Source: the human T2T-CHM13v2.0 reference genome, Homo sapiens
Assembly (NCBI RefSeq): GCF_009914755.1
Contig: NC_060947.1
Strand: one strand, 5' to 3'
Length of the DNA stretch: 64,000 bases
Below, piece by piece: positions 1-14,667 of the stretch. How positions within the stretch are numbered: the stretch's first letter is position 1; each line of letters begins with the position of its first letter. The notes beneath the pieces were generated by a model. It saw nothing but the letters and a program-made list of their open reading frames with translations. It was not told the DNA's origin and searched no databases. The translations under genes and the position numbers were made by a program.

Positions 1-72
1 TGGCATCTAGTGGGTAGAGGCTAAAGAGGGGAGTACTTGATCTTTATACCTCACTACAAAGTAGTAATAAAT

Positions 73-172
73 GGAAAAAGAAAGAAGGAATGAAAAAAAA
101 AAGAAAAAGAGACAGAGCAAGGGAAGAAAGGAGGGAGGAAGGGAGAAAAGGAAAAGAAGAAAAAGAAAAAAG
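73..172. repeat. Polypurine (GA-rich) low-complexity tract
   Basis: Almost only A and G over ~100 bp. Confidence 0.8.
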
Positions 173-280
173 TAGCAAGTGAATTGCCCAATGACATCTA
201 AGTTAAAACTCTGCTCTCCTAACTTTAAGGTCATTTCAGAAATTGACATTCTCTGAAAAATCATATAAAATGCCAATTTT

Positions 281-3200
281 TTAAACTTTTAAGTTCAGGA
301 ATACATGTACAGGTTTGTTACACAGGTAAACTCATGTCATGGGGGGTTGTTGTACAAATTATTTTGTCACTCAGATATTAAGCCTAGTACCCATTAGTTA
401 TTTTTCCTGATTCTCTCCCTCCTCCCACTCTCCTTCCTCAACAGACCCTGGTGTCTGTTTTTCCCCTATATGTGTCCATGTGTTCTCATCATTTATCTCC
501 CACTTACAAGTGAGAACACGTGATATTTGGTTTTCTGTTCCTGCATTAGTTTGCTAGGGATAATGTCCTCCAGCTCCATCCATGTCCCTGCAAAGGACAT
601 AATCTTGTTTCTTTTTTATGGCTGCATAGTATTCCATGCTATATATGTACCACATTTTCTTTATCCAGTCTATCATTGATGGACATTTAGGTTGATTCCA
701 CGTCTTTGCTATTGTGAATAGTGCTGCAATGAACATACACGAGCATGTGTCTTTATGGGTAGAACAGCTTATATTCCATTAGGTATATACTGAGTAACAG
801 GCCTGCTGTGCCTAATAGTAGTGCTGTTTTTAGGTCATTGAGGAAGCACCACACTGTTTTCCACAATGGTTGAACTAATTTAAACTCACACCAACAGTGT
901 ATAAATGTTCCTTTTTCTCCAGAACCTCACCAGCATTTGTTCTTTTTTTACTTTTTAATAATAGCCAATCTGACTGGTGTGAGATGGTATCTCATTGTGA
1001 TTTTGATTTGCTTTTCTCTAATGATCAGTGATGTTGAGCTGTTTTTCATATGTTTGTTGGCCACATGTATGTCATCTTTTGAAAAGTGTCTGTTCATGTC
1101 CTTTGCCCACTTTTTAATGGGATTGCTTTTTTTTCTTGTTATTTTAAGTTACTTATAGATGCTGGATATTAGACCTGTGTCAGATGCATAGTTTGCAAAA
1201 ATTTTCTCTCAATTTGCAAGTTGTTTTTTTACTCTGTTGATAGTTACTTTTGCTGTGCAAAAGTTCTTTTGTTTAATTAGATCTTATTGGTATATTTTTG
1301 CTTTTGTTGCAATTGCTTTCAGCATCTGCATCATGAAATCTTTGCTCATTCCTATGTCCACAATGGCATTGTCTAGGTTGTCTTCCAGGGTTTTAATCAC
1401 TTTACCTTTTACATTGAAGTCTTTGATCCATCTTGAGTTTATTTTTGTATGTGGTGAAAGGAAGAGGTCCAGTTTCAATCTTCTGCATATGGCCAGCCTG
1501 TTATCCTAACATGATTTGTTGAACAGGGAGTCCTTTCACCATTACTTGTTTTTGTCAGCTATGTTGCAGATCAGATGTCTGTAGATGCACAGCTTTAATT
1601 CTGGGCTTTCTATTTGGTTCCATTCATCGGTGTGTTTGTTTTTTTCTCCAGTTCCATGCTGCTGTGATTACTGTAGCTGACAGAGCAGGAGCACCATCAT
1701 CTTGGACAAACACTGACACTTTAAGTTCCAGCTCCCTTTCTAGCCTCATACATTTCAAGGAAATCACTTCTCCTCTAACTACAAGCAGACAGAAAGAGCA
1801 GACAGTAAAACACAGATAAGACAGCTCGGGCACAGAGAGAAGTAAGGGGAAAGTCTCTTGCCAAACTTCACTCTCATACAATGGGCCCCAGTAAAACAGT
1901 GGGCCGGGCCTTAATAAGCACATTCATTTCCCTTCACGTGCAGATAGGGAAGCTCAAGCAGACTCAGGGGATATGCCTGCAGCTGCAGAAAGATGTATGG
2001 GAACAAACACACAACTCTCTCTCTCAGATAAGCATTACAAAGAGACACAGAAGCAGTCTAAGCCTCTGATAATTTCTCCCACTCTGAATCCTTAAAAACT
2101 CTTAGTCTGTAAGAGAGCGTGGCTCTGACCTAACTTTACCAGCAGCCCCTCTCAGGTTTGTTTAAAATAAACCTGTCCCTGTTGACTGTAAAGCCACCCT
2201 TCATGTTTCACTCCTCTTTTTTTAATTCTTACATCAGGCTTGTAGTATATTTTAAAGTTGGGTAGCATGATGCCTCCAGCTCTGTTTTTTACTGCTTGGG
2301 ATTGCCTTGGCTACTCAAGCTTTATTTTTTTGGTTCCATGTGAATTTTAAAATATTTTTTGTAGTTCTATGATGAACATCATTTTTAGTTTCATAGGAAC
2401 AGCATTGAATCTACAAATTGCTTTGGACAGTATGGCCATTCTATTTATATTGATTCTTCCTATACATGAGCATGGAATGTTTTTCCATTTGTTTGTGTCA
2501 CCTCTGATTTCTTTTAGCATTTTTCTTTTAGATTTTTCTTTTCTGCCTCTATTGAAATAATCATGTGATTTTTGTATTTAGTTCTGTTTATGTGATGACT
2601 TGCATTTATTGATTTGCATATGTTGAACCAACTTTGCATCCCAGGGATAAAGCCTAATTGATAATGGTAGATAAGCTTTTTGATGTGCTGCTGATGTGGT
2701 CTGCTAGTATTTTACCGAGGATTTTTGCATTGATGTTCATCAAAGATATTGGCCTGAAATTTTTGTGTCTTTGCCAGATTTTGGTATCCAGATTATGCTG
2801 GCCTCATAGAATGAGTTAAGGACGAGTCTCTCCTCCTCAATTTTTTGGAATAGTTTCAGTAAGAATGGTACTAGCTCTTTTTTGTTTATCTGGTAGAATT
2901 CAGCTGTTAATCCATCTGTTCCTGGGCTTTCTGTTTTTTTTTCTTTTTTCTTTTTTTTTTTTTTGGTAGCTACACTATTTATTAGTGCCTCAATTTCAAA
3001 GCTCGTTATTGGTCTGTTCAGGGATTCAGTTTCTCCCTGGTTCAGTCTTGGGAGGGTATAGGATTCCAGGAATTTATCCATTTCTTCCCTGTTTTATAGT
3101 TTGTGTGCATAGAGGTGTTCATAATATTCTTTGATGGTTATTTTTATGTCTGTGGTGTCAGTCATAATAACCCCTTTGTCGTTTCTAATTGTGTTTGTTT

Positions 3201-6200
3201 GTATCTTCTTTCTTTTCTTCTTTATTAGTCTAGCTAGTGGTATATTTTATTAACTTTTTTCAAAAACTCTGCTCCTGGGTTTGCTGATCTTTTGAATAGT
3301 TTTTTTCTATCTCAATCTCTCTCAGTTCAGTTCTGATTTTGATTATTTTTTGTTTTCTGCTAGCTTTGAGTTTGTTTTGATCTTGGTTCTCTAGTTCTTT
3401 TAGTTGTGATATTATGTTGTTAACTTGAGATCTTTCTAATTTTTTAATGTGAGTGTTCAGTGCCATAAATTTCCCTTTTAACAATACCCTATCTGTTTCC
3501 CAGAGATTCTGTTATGTTGTATTTTTGTTCTTATTACTTTTAAACAACTTCTTGGTTTATGCCTTAATTTCATTATTTATCCAAATGTCATTCAGGAGCA
3601 GGCTATTCAATTTCCATTTAATTGTATGGTTTTGAGCAATTTTCTTAGTCTTGATTTCTGATTTTGTTGTGTTGTGGTCTGAGAGAGTGATTGTTATTAT
3701 TTCAGTTCTTCTGCATTTGCTAAGGAGCATTTTATGTTTGATTATGTGGTTGATTTTGGAGTATGCGCCATGTGGCTGTGTGAAGAATGTGTATCTTGTT
3801 GTTTTGGGTTGGAGAGTTCTGTAGATGTCTATCAGGTCCATTTGATCCAGTGCTGAGTTCAGGTCTTGAATTTCTTTGTTAATTTTCTGTCCCGTTGATC
3901 TGTCTGATACTCTCAATGGTGGTGTTGAAGTTTCCCACTATTATTGTGTGAGAGTCTAAGTCTCTTTGAAGATCTCTAAGAACTTGCTTTATGAATCTGG
4001 GTGCTCCTGTTTTGGGTTTATATATATTTAGGAAAGTTAGGTGTTCTCATTGAAATGAATTCTTGACCATTACGTAATGCTCTTCTTTGTCTTTTTTGAT
4101 CTTTGTTGGTTTAAAGTCTGTTTTGTCTGAAATTAGGATTGCAACCCCTGCTTTTTTCTGTTTTCCATTTGCTTGGTAGATTTTTCTCCATCCCTTTTTT
4201 TTTGAGGCTATGGGCGTCATTGCGTGTGAGATGGGTCTCTTGAAGACTGCGTACCATTGGGTCCTGCTTTTTTATCCAGCTTGCCACTCTGTGTCTTTTA
4301 ACTGAGGCATTTAACCTGTTTATATTCAAGGTTTGTATTGATATGTGTGGATTTGATTCTGTTGTCATGTTGTCAGCTAGTTAGCATGCAGACTTGTTTG
4401 TGTGGTTGCTTTATAGAGTTGCTAGTCTGTGTACTTAAGTATGTTTTTGTAGTGGCTGGTAACGATATTTTCTTTCCATATTTAGTGCTTCCTTTGGGAG
4501 TTCTTTTAAAGCAGGTCTGGTGGTAAGGAATTCCCTCAGTATTTGCTTGCCTGAAAAGGATCTTATTTCTCCTTCACTTATGAAGCTTAGTTTGACCAGA
4601 TATGAAATTCTGGGTTGAAATTTCTTTTCTTTAAGAATGTTGAATATTTCCCCCCATCTCTTCTGGCTTTGTAGGATTTTTGCTGAGAGGTCTACTGTTA
4701 GTCTGATGGGCTTCCCTTTGTAGGTGACCTGACCTTTCTTTCTAGTTGCCCTTAACATTTTTTCTTTCATTTCAATCTTGGACAATCTGATGATTATGCA
4801 TCTTGGCTATGATTTTCTTGTGGGGTGTCTTAGTGTGGTTCTCTGCATTTCCTGAATTTGAATATTGGCCTCTCTAGCTAGATTGGGGAAATTCTCATGG
4901 ATGATATTCTGAAATATGTTTTCCAAGTTGCTTCCATTCTCTCCATCTCTTTCAGGGACACCAATATGTCATAGATTTGGTCTCTTTACATAATCCTATA
5001 GTTTCCAGAGGTTTGATTCATTGCTTTTCTTTTTTCTCTCTATTCTTGTCTGACTGTCTTATATCAGAAAGCAGTCTTCAAGCTCTGAGATTCTTTCTTC
5101 AATTTCTGCTATTAACATTTGTGATCATATGAAATTCTTATATTTTGTTTTTCAGCGCTATCATGTCAGTTACATTCTTTTCTATATCAGCTATTTTGTC
5201 TGTCAGCTTCTGTATCGTTTTATTGTGATTCTTAACTTCCTTGGTTGGGTTTCAACATACTCCTGCATCTCCATGATGTTCATTTCTATCCATATTCTCA
5301 ATTCTGTTTCTGTCAGTTCAGGCATGTCAGCCTGGTTGAGAAACTTTGCTAAAGATCTAGTGCAATTGTTTGAAGGAAGGGAAGTACTCTGGCTTTTGAG
5401 TTGCCAGAGTTCTTGCACTTGTTCTTTCTCATCTTTGTGGGCTGGTGTTCTTTCAATCTTTGAAGTTGCTGTCCTTTGGAATTTTTTTTTCTTTTATACT
5501 ATTTGATGACCTTGAGGTTTGGTTGTGGTTTAAGATGGATTCAGTCAAATGGCTTAGTTTGTGGAAGTTTTTAGGGGGCCAAGGCTCAGCTACCAACTCC
5601 TATACTGTGTGTTCTAACTTCAGGGACTAGTATCAGGGCCATCTTTGTTCTCTGGCTCCTCAAGGTTAGGAACCCACTGCACTTGGGGGCCCAAGATGCT
5701 CTCAGAGTGCTGGTCACCACATTCTGATGGATGGCGCCAGCCAAAGCATTTTGTAGGGCGCTGGCAGCAAGGTTTCTCCTCGTTTGCACATGCCAGCAGT
5801 AGCAGCAGCAACAGCAGCACGACGGGAGAGCGCTAGTAGGTATGGGTGCTTGCCTCCATCCAGGCATTCACAGCAGCAGTAGAGGCACCATGGCTCAAGG
5901 GGGCAGGAGACCAGTTGGTGGATGTGTGCTGGTGGTAGTGTTAGCACAGGGGCAGGGCCCTGGCAAGCTCAGGTCTGTGTGTACCCTCTTTGGCCACTCA
6001 GGACGGGGGAGGGTCTGCTGTTCTCCAGGCCCGGCAGTGTTGAGGCAGAAGTGGGGTGCTGGCAGGTCCAGGCTGGCGGGCTCTATGCCTATCATGGCTC
6101 AGACTGCAATGGCGGTAAGGCAGAGAGATGCGGCAGAGTGCATTCCCGTCGTCAGCACAGGCAAGGCAGGGGAAATGTGCACATACGCCCTGGTGGGGCA

Positions 6201-7010
6201 GGTAAGGCAAAAATTCACCCGCACTCACACACACTGGCAAAGTATTGTGGGGGCTGGAGGTGGGCCTAGGGGAAGCTGCAGTGGGGAGAGGGAGAGGCTG
6301 GGCTGGTATGAGGCCCTGGTCTCCACGCTGCAGTATCTCTGCCCTGTCAGGCACCACTGACCAGTGCAGGAGCTATGATGTGAGCCCCCAAAGCATCTGA
6401 GGCTGCACTGCAAGTAGGCATGGCTAGACTGGGACTCCAGGAGAGGCTAGCAGCCCAAGGGGTGCTCAGGTTGGATGGGCCTCCTCTGATGGTCAAGACC
6501 ACCTTGCAGAGTTCAGGTCTGACAGTTCCCCTAGGATTAAAGTCTCCTGTGGGAGCAAGTGGAGCCTGGGGGCATGGGCATCTCTGGCCATGCTCAGCAA
6601 CAGACTCTCCCGCAGCAAAACCTCTGGGCTTTTCCTTGGCTGGTGTGCTGTCCCTACTACTTTTCTAAGCAGCTATCCCTGCCCACTCAAGTGTCCATGG
6701 TGGTTGAGGTGTCTCCGTCTGCTTGGATTCCAGAGGCACTTGGAGAAAGTGGGTTGCTTCTTTCAGTTCAACTCACCCTCACCCATTATCCTGGAGTTGT
6801 TGGGGGGCCAAGAAGGAGTCATGGTTTGTGGTAGCCCCATGCAGCTCCCAGCTTCCTCCCCACTCAGCCCAGCTTCTGTGTCTTCCCTCCATCCACTCTC
6901 AGTGCCTTCTCTGTAAAGATCTGCTAGGAATGTGCCAGTCTTCTTGGTCCCTTGGTGGCAGCTGTTCCACCTGGCTGCATGTGGTCAGCCATCTTGCCCG
7001 AATCTCTAAA
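281..7010 (-). mobile_element. Near full-length degraded L1 (older L1PA, approx. L1PA13-like) with internal deletion and LTR insertion
   Basis: 3'UTR at 281-~540; fragmented ORF2 (C-terminal, RT and EN MTTESNPHISIQTLNINRLN pieces); ORF1 pieces at 4435-5418; 5'UTR ending GCCATCTTG at ~6990. Candidate TSD ATGCCAATTTT at 270-280 and 7015-7025. Confidence 0.93.
1678..2233 (+). mobile_element. Solo ERV1 LTR (LTR19-like) inserted in L1 ORF2
   Basis: TG...CA termini (TGACAGAGCAGGAGC...TTCTTACA) and AATAAA near 2166. L1 sequence resumes on both sides. Confidence 0.75.
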
Positions 7011-7584
7011 ATGTATGCCAATTTTGATTATCTTGTTTGAACAGCTTCTATATGGATATTTGGGTAAGTTTTTATGTGAATAACCATACATGTATATAAT
7101 AAAATACCAATAGATGCTTCTATTTATTGAACTATATGTTAAACAATGTGCTTAAGCAATTTATATACATTACTGAGATGAAAATTACACTAGCACCAGG
7201 AGCTGGCAGTATTATTTCTACTCCACAGATGGGAAATTGAGATTTGGGGAGGTGAAATAACTTGCCCAAAGTCAAAGAGCTTATAAGTGGAAGAATTGGA
7301 GTTTAAATCTGAGGTGTGCTGACTTAAGTCTATGCTTTAAAAAAATTTTAAATAGACTTTATTTTTAGAATAGTTTGAAGTTCACAGCAAAATTGAGCAG
7401 AATCAAGTCCATGCTTTTAGCTATTATCTCATCGGATACTGCCTCTCTCATAAGGCTACTAGAGACACACACACATACGCACACACATGCACACTGATAT
7501 TGTCTTACACATATATATGACTGAAAAGTAGCTTAATTGAGAAGGACTGTGGCAGAAGGAGGCTCCATTCTTCTTAAGTGTGTT

Positions 7585-7988
7585 ACTTGCTTCCTTAATT
7601 TATTCATGCTGCTATAACAAATACCAAAGACTGGGTAATTTATAGATAATCAAAATTTATTTCTCACAGTTCTGGAGGCTCGCAAGTTCTAGCTCAAGAC
7701 ACCAGCAGATTTGGCATCTGGTGAGAACTGCTCTCTCCTTCTAAGATGGTGCCTTCTGGCTGCATCCTTTGGAGGGAACTAACTCTGTGTCATCACATGG
7801 CAGAAGAGACAGAAGGGCAAAGAGCCTAGCTAGTTTTCTACAACCCTTTTTATATGGCACTAATACCATCCATGAGGGCTCCTTCATGGCCTAATCGTTT
7901 AATACTGCCCCACCTCTTACTACTGTCACGGTGGGGGTTAAGTTTCAAGGTAAATTTTAGAGGGGACACAGTCATTCAAACCATAGCT
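7585..7988 (-). mobile_element. MaLR solo LTR (MST/MLT1A-like)
   Basis: Typical MaLR motifs: tttatttctcacagttctggaggct, acatggcagaag, attcaaaccatagc. Confidence 0.75.
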
Positions 7989-8999
7989 CTGGCTCTTAGA
8001 GTCAATCATCCAAATAATAGTATTTTTAGCTAGGAATGAGGCTGCCCAAATAAAGAATAGATTTCTGAACATCTCTGCATGTTGTCTGTAATTAATTTCT
8101 GAACAATGAGATAAAAGTAGAAGCATTATGTGACAACTTTTGAGAATTTTCCTTAAAAGTGCTGGAGTTTACACTTTGTATCTTTTTCTTCACCCTTCCC
8201 TCTATCCTACTTCCTGGAATGCAGGTGATGCTTCCAACCTGGGAATGGGGGCCACACTCAGCATGGTGGATAATGAGCTGGAGAAGCTTAAGTTTTTGAG
8301 GATTTCATTGATCAGAGCTGACATGTCACCCCTGAACTGTGAAGCTTCAGAGTTTTACATGAAAGAAAAATACATATCTAAAGTATTTAAGAAACTGAAA
8401 TTTTGAATTATTTATTCACCTGCAGCAGATCCTGATCCTAACTATTGTAATGATAAAGTGTTTCTCAGATGGATAACTAAAGGTGTGAAATACAGTCAGG
8501 TCTCAGAGCTTATCGACTATACCAGAACCCTACTTTCCCAGTGCCACCAGTCTGCAAGTGTATAGTGACTTTTTTTTGAACAACATTTCCCCAGATAAAG
8601 CTGAAGAGACACCCCAGAATTCATTATTTTTTGATACTGTTAGGACACAATCTTCCTGAGAAAAAAGAATCCTGGCTTCATGAAAATAAAGCTGCTTTCA
8701 CTTTGTCACACAAACACTTTCATAGATATATCTGACACATAGGTGGAGGAGACTGTCTGTATTGACTAGACCTTAGCAGTGTCATCCTTTATAAGACCCT
8801 TGTTATATGCAATTCCTCTCCTAGAAAATAACTTGACTTATCTGTACACTAAGACTTTACATGCTATGCATAGATGCCTATCTGTCAAATAATATGAGGA
8901 AAGCACAACAGAAATGATTTCATTGCCCTGCAAATGAATAGAACATGGTAGAATATAGAATCTAGCAACATGAGTCAAACCATGCAATAGAGACTGAGA

Positions 9000-9490
9000 T
9001 TAGAGAAGAGTAAGTATTGGTACAATATGTGGCATTCTAAAAACATTAAGGCATACTCAGTCCACGGTCTTCAGTTCACCCCAAACCCACTCCCAAGAAG
9101 CACTTTTTTTTTTGTCCTAGGAGATGAAATAGTTGCAGGAATAAAATTAAATGTGTGATATTATAGCACAAGAGTTCCTTATATATTTACTATTAGACCC
9201 TTCTAAAGTAGCATACAGATATGATTAAAAAGCTTTTCCTAATAGGCCTTAGAAACTTAAGTCTAAAACATGATTATAAGAAAGAAAGCCTCACAGGAGG
9301 AGCAGGGATACATTATTTAGAGGCACACTATGATGGTAAACTATGAGTTGTGGTCTGTAGCACCGAGTTTGCAGAAATGACTAGTGGCATTCAAACATAT
9401 AAGAGATCCATAAAGGTGAGCATTGGACAAGTTTGCCCTAAATGACGGCAGCAGAAACTGGGACTTATAGGTAGAGAGTGTCAATTAGCA
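9000..9490 (+). mobile_element. Possible ancient RTE-clade LINE relic (L4/MamRTE-like)
   Basis: Stop-riddled translation fragments GIKLNV*YYS and YKRSIKVSIGQVCL...WDL resemble RTE ORF C-terminal motifs (TKLKVY; YKDTLKVSLK...WE). Judged by eye only. Confidence 0.35.
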
Positions 9491-9609
9491 ATACAAATCA
9501 CCTGACTTCAGTGGCAGTGAGATAAAAATGGTAAAAATGAATGAATTCAGGGGTGTTCTATGTCTAGATAAGAGTAGCCCTGAAATCAGTCCAGGTGTAG
9601 CATGATTTA

Positions 9610-11345
9610 AAATTCACCAACTTTTTTTGAGTATATATTATTTGTTAGGCTCTCTAATACTAGACGCCGGTGACATAACAGTGATCAAGAGATACAAAAT
9701 CCTTTGCCCTTATGAAGCTTACTTTCTAGAAGTGTGAGACACTGAAGAAACCAAATTAATCTACTTAAATTATACATTATTTTAAAGATATATTATGAAA
9801 AATATAAAGCATGCCAAAGCAGAGGAAGAATGCTGGAGTAGTTGGTTGCAATTTTAAATAGGATGGGCAGAGTGAATCACCCTGAGGTGATATTTGAGAA
9901 CAGATTTGAAAGAGATGAGGAAGTAGAGCATCCTATGGAGAGGAAATAGCAAGTACAAAGACCATGAGATGGGACCATGTCCAGTATATTCAAGGATCAA
10001 GGAGCTCAGAGGGGCTATAACTTATTGAACTGATAAGTAGTACAAGAGGAAGTCAGAAAGGCAAGGTCTTGTAGACCGTTTGAAGGACTTTGGCTTTTAT
10101 TCTAAGTGACATGGATGTCATTAGAGGACTTTGTGCAGAAGAAACATACGAGAGACTTAGGTATTAAAAAGATTACTCTGGATTTTTGAGAAAAGACTGT
10201 AAAAGAGTAAGAGTAAAATCAGTTAAAGATAATTACAATGAACAAGTTGAGGGATGATGATGGCTTGGACCAGGGTAGTAGCATTGGAAGGAGTGAGAAG
10301 TTTGAAATATTTTTTGAAGGGAGGGTCAACGGGATTTCCAGATTAATTATATTTAAAGAGCAAAAGAAAGAGATAAGTCAAGGATTATTTCAAGGTTTGT
10401 GTTCTGTGCAACTAGAGGGATTAAATTGCCATGAACTGGAGGAGCATGGGCACTCATACCTGTAATCCCAGCACTTTGGGAGGCCGAGTTGGGAGGACTG
10501 CTTGCCTGGGAGTTCAAGAGCAGCTTGGGCAACATAATAAGATCCTATCTCTACAAAAAGTAAATTTAGCAAATTAGCAGGCTGCAGTGGCATGCACCTG
10601 TAGTCCCAGCTACTCAGGAAGCTGAAGTTGAAGGAGCACTTGAGCCTGGGAGATCGACGCTGGTGAGCTACGATTGTGCCACAGCACTCCAGCCTCAGTA
10701 ACAGATTGAGACCCTGTCTCAAAAAAAAAAAAAAAAAAAATCCTATCAACTAAGATGAAGAAAATCAAAGATGCAGCATTGTATTTGTTTGTCTGGTTTT
10801 TGTTGCTGTAATTTGTTTCTTGTTTGCTTTAACGGTAGATCAGTAAGCTGGTTTCAAATGTGTTAAATTTAAAATGTCTACCAGACAGCCAAGAGGAAAT
10901 GTCAAGCAGGCAGTTGAAGAGTTGTATAGATCGTAATACAAACACAAGGTGAGAAAGATTACATGGGGATAAAGTAAATAGAGAAGAAAAGTGGTCTAGG
11001 AATTGAGTCCTGGGGCTGTCTAATCTGTAGAGATTTGAATTAGTAGGAGGAACAAAAAAGACTAAGAAAGAGGACCATGTTATAGGTGAAGAACCAATAA
11101 TGAGCAATGTCCTGGAAATCAAGTAAAAAAATATTTCCAGGAGTAGGGAGTGAGGAATTATATCAAATGCTAATACATAATGTAAGATGAAGAATGGGAA
11201 TTGACCATTGGCTACAGCAATATGGAAGTAATTAGCAACATTAACAAAAGCATTTTCAGTGGGATCTTGGGGACAAAAATCTGATTGGAGTTGGTTCAAG
11301 AGAAATGGGAGGAGAAGAATTAGAAACAGCAAATGTCGAACACTT
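9610..11345 (-). mobile_element. L2 LINE fragment including 3' end, interrupted by an Alu
   Basis: L2a-like motifs: gactttggcttttattctaagtga, gatggcttggaccagggt, gaattgaccattgg. Confidence 0.8.
10441..10740 (+). mobile_element. AluJ
   Basis: Diverged dimeric Alu with A20 tail. Confidence 0.9.
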
Positions 11346-12373
11346 TTTAATACAATGAGGACACTGAATAAGAGTATAGCTTTGGCAGCGTTTGTATATT
11401 GAGAGATGGGAAGACGCAGAGTGGAAGGATGCTCTTGTTCCCAAATCTGATGTATATGTAGCCCTATAATTTGTGGAAGTCAATTCCAGAAGATGGGCTG
11501 AACAGGCATACAACTTTCTAGGAAATTGGAAGGCGGCAAATGTATGCATTGGAGGGAGCAGGAGTATGTATCAATTTAAGGGCCTCTGCTTTTATTTTCT
11601 GAAAGATATTGTGGAGAATTGGTATTATTTCTCCATTAAATGTTTGGCAGAATACGCCACAGAACAACCCGGGTTTGGTGATTTTGGGGGAAAGTTTGTT
11701 AATTATTGATTCAGTGTCTTCAATGGATACAGGCCTATTAAGTAATCTATTTCCCCTTGTGTGAGCTTTTTTAGTTTGTGGTTTTCAAGAAATTAGCCTA
11801 TTTCATCTAAGTTATCAAATTTGTGGGCATAGAATTGGTTGTTCATAGTGTTCCATTATTATCTTTAAATGTCCATGGGACCAGTAGTGATGACCTCTCA
11901 CTTCATTTCCTTTCACTTCATTTCATTTCATTTCATTTTTTTCATCTCATTTCATTGCATTGGTAATTTATGCCTTTTCTCTTTTTCTCATGCTTAGCCT
12001 GGCTGGAGGTTTATTGATTTTACTAATCTTTTCAAAGAACCAGCTTTTGGTTTCACTGATTTTTTTTTTCTATTTTTATTCCTCTTTCAAATTTTTATAA
12101 TAATTTCTGCTCAAATTTTTATTTTTTATTTTCTTCTGCTTGCTTTAGGCTTAAGTTGCTCTTCTTTATCAAGTTCCTAAGGTGGAAGCTTAGATTACAG
12201 TTCTGTTATAATATATGCATTTAATGCCATAATTTCTGTCAAGCACTGCTTTTGCAGTATATCAAGTCTTTGATAAAATTTCTTTTCATTTTTACTTAGC
12301 TCGAAATATTTTAAAATGTTTCCTGAGACTTTTGGACCCATGTTTTATAACTGATAGATGATCTGTCAGTTGA

Positions 12374-12759
<386 letters not shown>

Positions 12760-13185
12760 TGATGCTTTATTATCAGGTGAATATACATTAAAGGTGTTAT
12801 GTCTTCTTGGATAATTGACCCCTGTATCATATGCAATGCCCATCTTTATCCCTAATAACTTTCCTTGTCTTGAAATATGCTTTGTCTGAAATTAATAGCT
12901 ATTCTGGCTTTTTTATTAGTATAAATCTTTCATCAACTCTTAACTTTTAACCTAGCTGAGACTTTATATTTAAAGTGGGTTTCTTATAGACAATACTTGG
13001 TCAGGTCTTATTTTTTATTCACTGTGACCATCTATGTATTTTAATTGGTGTATTTGCACATTTATAAGTGATTATTGATATAGTCACATTAATATCTACT
13101 ATGCTTGTTACTGTTTTCTATTCACTGTGCCTGTTCTTTATTTTATCCTGCTCTTTTGCAACATTCATTAATTTTAATTGAGCTA

Positions 13186-13347
13186 CTTTTTCTTTTCTTT
13201 TATTCAGAGATAGGATCTTACTCTATCACCCAGGCTGGAGTACAGTGGTGCCATCATAGCTCACTGTATCCTTGAATTACTGGGCTTAAGCAATCCTCCC
13301 ACCTCATCCTCTCAAAGTGCTGAAAGTACATGCCACCATGCCTAGCC
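13186..13347 (-). mobile_element. Alu monomer / recombined AluJ fragment
   Basis: cccaggctggagtacagtgg...caaagtgctg, about half the length of a full Alu. Confidence 0.8.
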
Positions 13348-14217
13348 TTAATTCAACTTCTCATTTTATCTCCTCTGATAGCATATAAATTTTATTTATT
13401 TTAAAAACATTTAGTGGTATCCCTAGGATTTGCAATATGCATTCTAAACTAATCTATAGCTACCTTCGAATAACACTATGCTACTTGTAGCACAAGTATA
13501 GAATATTTCCAATTCTTCGGTCCTATTATGTCATTGGTACCATTCATTTTATGTCTCCATACATTATAATTCCTCAATATATTTTATTATTATTACTCCA
13601 AAAAACCATTTCCTTTTAGATCAATTAAGAAAAAGAAAAATAAGATTTTATTTTATCTTCATTTATTGTTTCCCTGACACTCTTCCTGTCTTTACATGAA
13701 TCAAAGTTTCTGACCTATAGAATTTTCTTTTCTCTAAAGAAAATATTTTAACATTCCTTGAAGGGTAAATGTGCTGCAATGAAATTTCTTAGTTTTTGTT
13801 TGTTTGAATGAAGCTTAATTTCTCCTTCACTTTAAAAGGGTAATTTCGCTGGATATAGAAATTTATATTGGTGTAGGTTTTTTTGAAGACTTCAAATATT
13901 TCACCCGACTTTGTTCTCTCATATATGGTTTAGGGTGCAAAGCCCACTGTAAGTCTTATCTTTGTTCTTCTATGGGTAAGGTCTCTTTTGTCCTGTTGTT
14001 CCTTTGAAGAACTTCTCTCTGTCTTTAGTTTTCAGCAGTTTGAGTACAATATGCCTAAGTGTAGTTTTTTGCTATTCATCTTACTTGTTCTCTGAAATTC
14101 CTGGATCTGTGGTCGGTGGTCTGTCTTTAAGTTTTGAAAATTTTTGGACATTCTTACTTCAAATATTTTTCCAATCTGTTATCTCTTTTTTCGCCTTCTG
14201 ATATTTCAATTATGAAT

Positions 14218-14667
14218 AGTAAAGGAAAATAAATCTTAGGGCCCCAAAATCACTAAGCTAAATGGAGAAGTCGAGCTGGGAAGTGCTTAGGGCCAACCTG
14301 CCTCCCATTCTATTCAAAATCACCCCTTGCTCACTGAGATAAATGTATTATCTGATTGCCTCCTTTGGAGAGGATAATCAGAAACTCAAAAGAATGTAAC
14401 CATTTGTCTCTTGTCTACCTATGACCTGGAAGCCCCCTACCCACTTCCATTTATCCACCCTTTCCAGACCTAACCAATGCTCATCTTACAAATGTTGATT
14501 GATGTCTCATGTCTCCCTAAAATGTATAAAACCAAGCTGTGCTCTGACCACCTTGGGCACACGTAGTCAGGACCTCCTGAGGCTTTATCACAGGCGCATA
14601 TCCTCAACCTTGGTAAAATAAACTTTCTAAATTAACTTACACCTGTCTCATTTATCCGGGGTTCACA
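14218..14667 (+). mobile_element. Solo LTR, MER4A1-like (ERV1)
   Basis: aaaggaaaataaatctt...cactaagcta start, GTATAAAA TATA-like box, AATAAA, ends GGTTCACA. Confidence 0.85.

Noticed and set aside
5586-7040. Cluster of overlapping ORFs in GC-rich DNA resembling a CpG-island gene start
   Set aside because: It is the CpG-depleted 5'UTR of the old L1.
8635-8675. Weak resemblance to the SERPINA7 last exon (FFLRKIV vs LFLGKVV), suggesting a serpin pseudogene
   Set aside because: Similarity covers only ~35 nt with gaps. No hinge (EKGTEA) or other serpin exons nearby.
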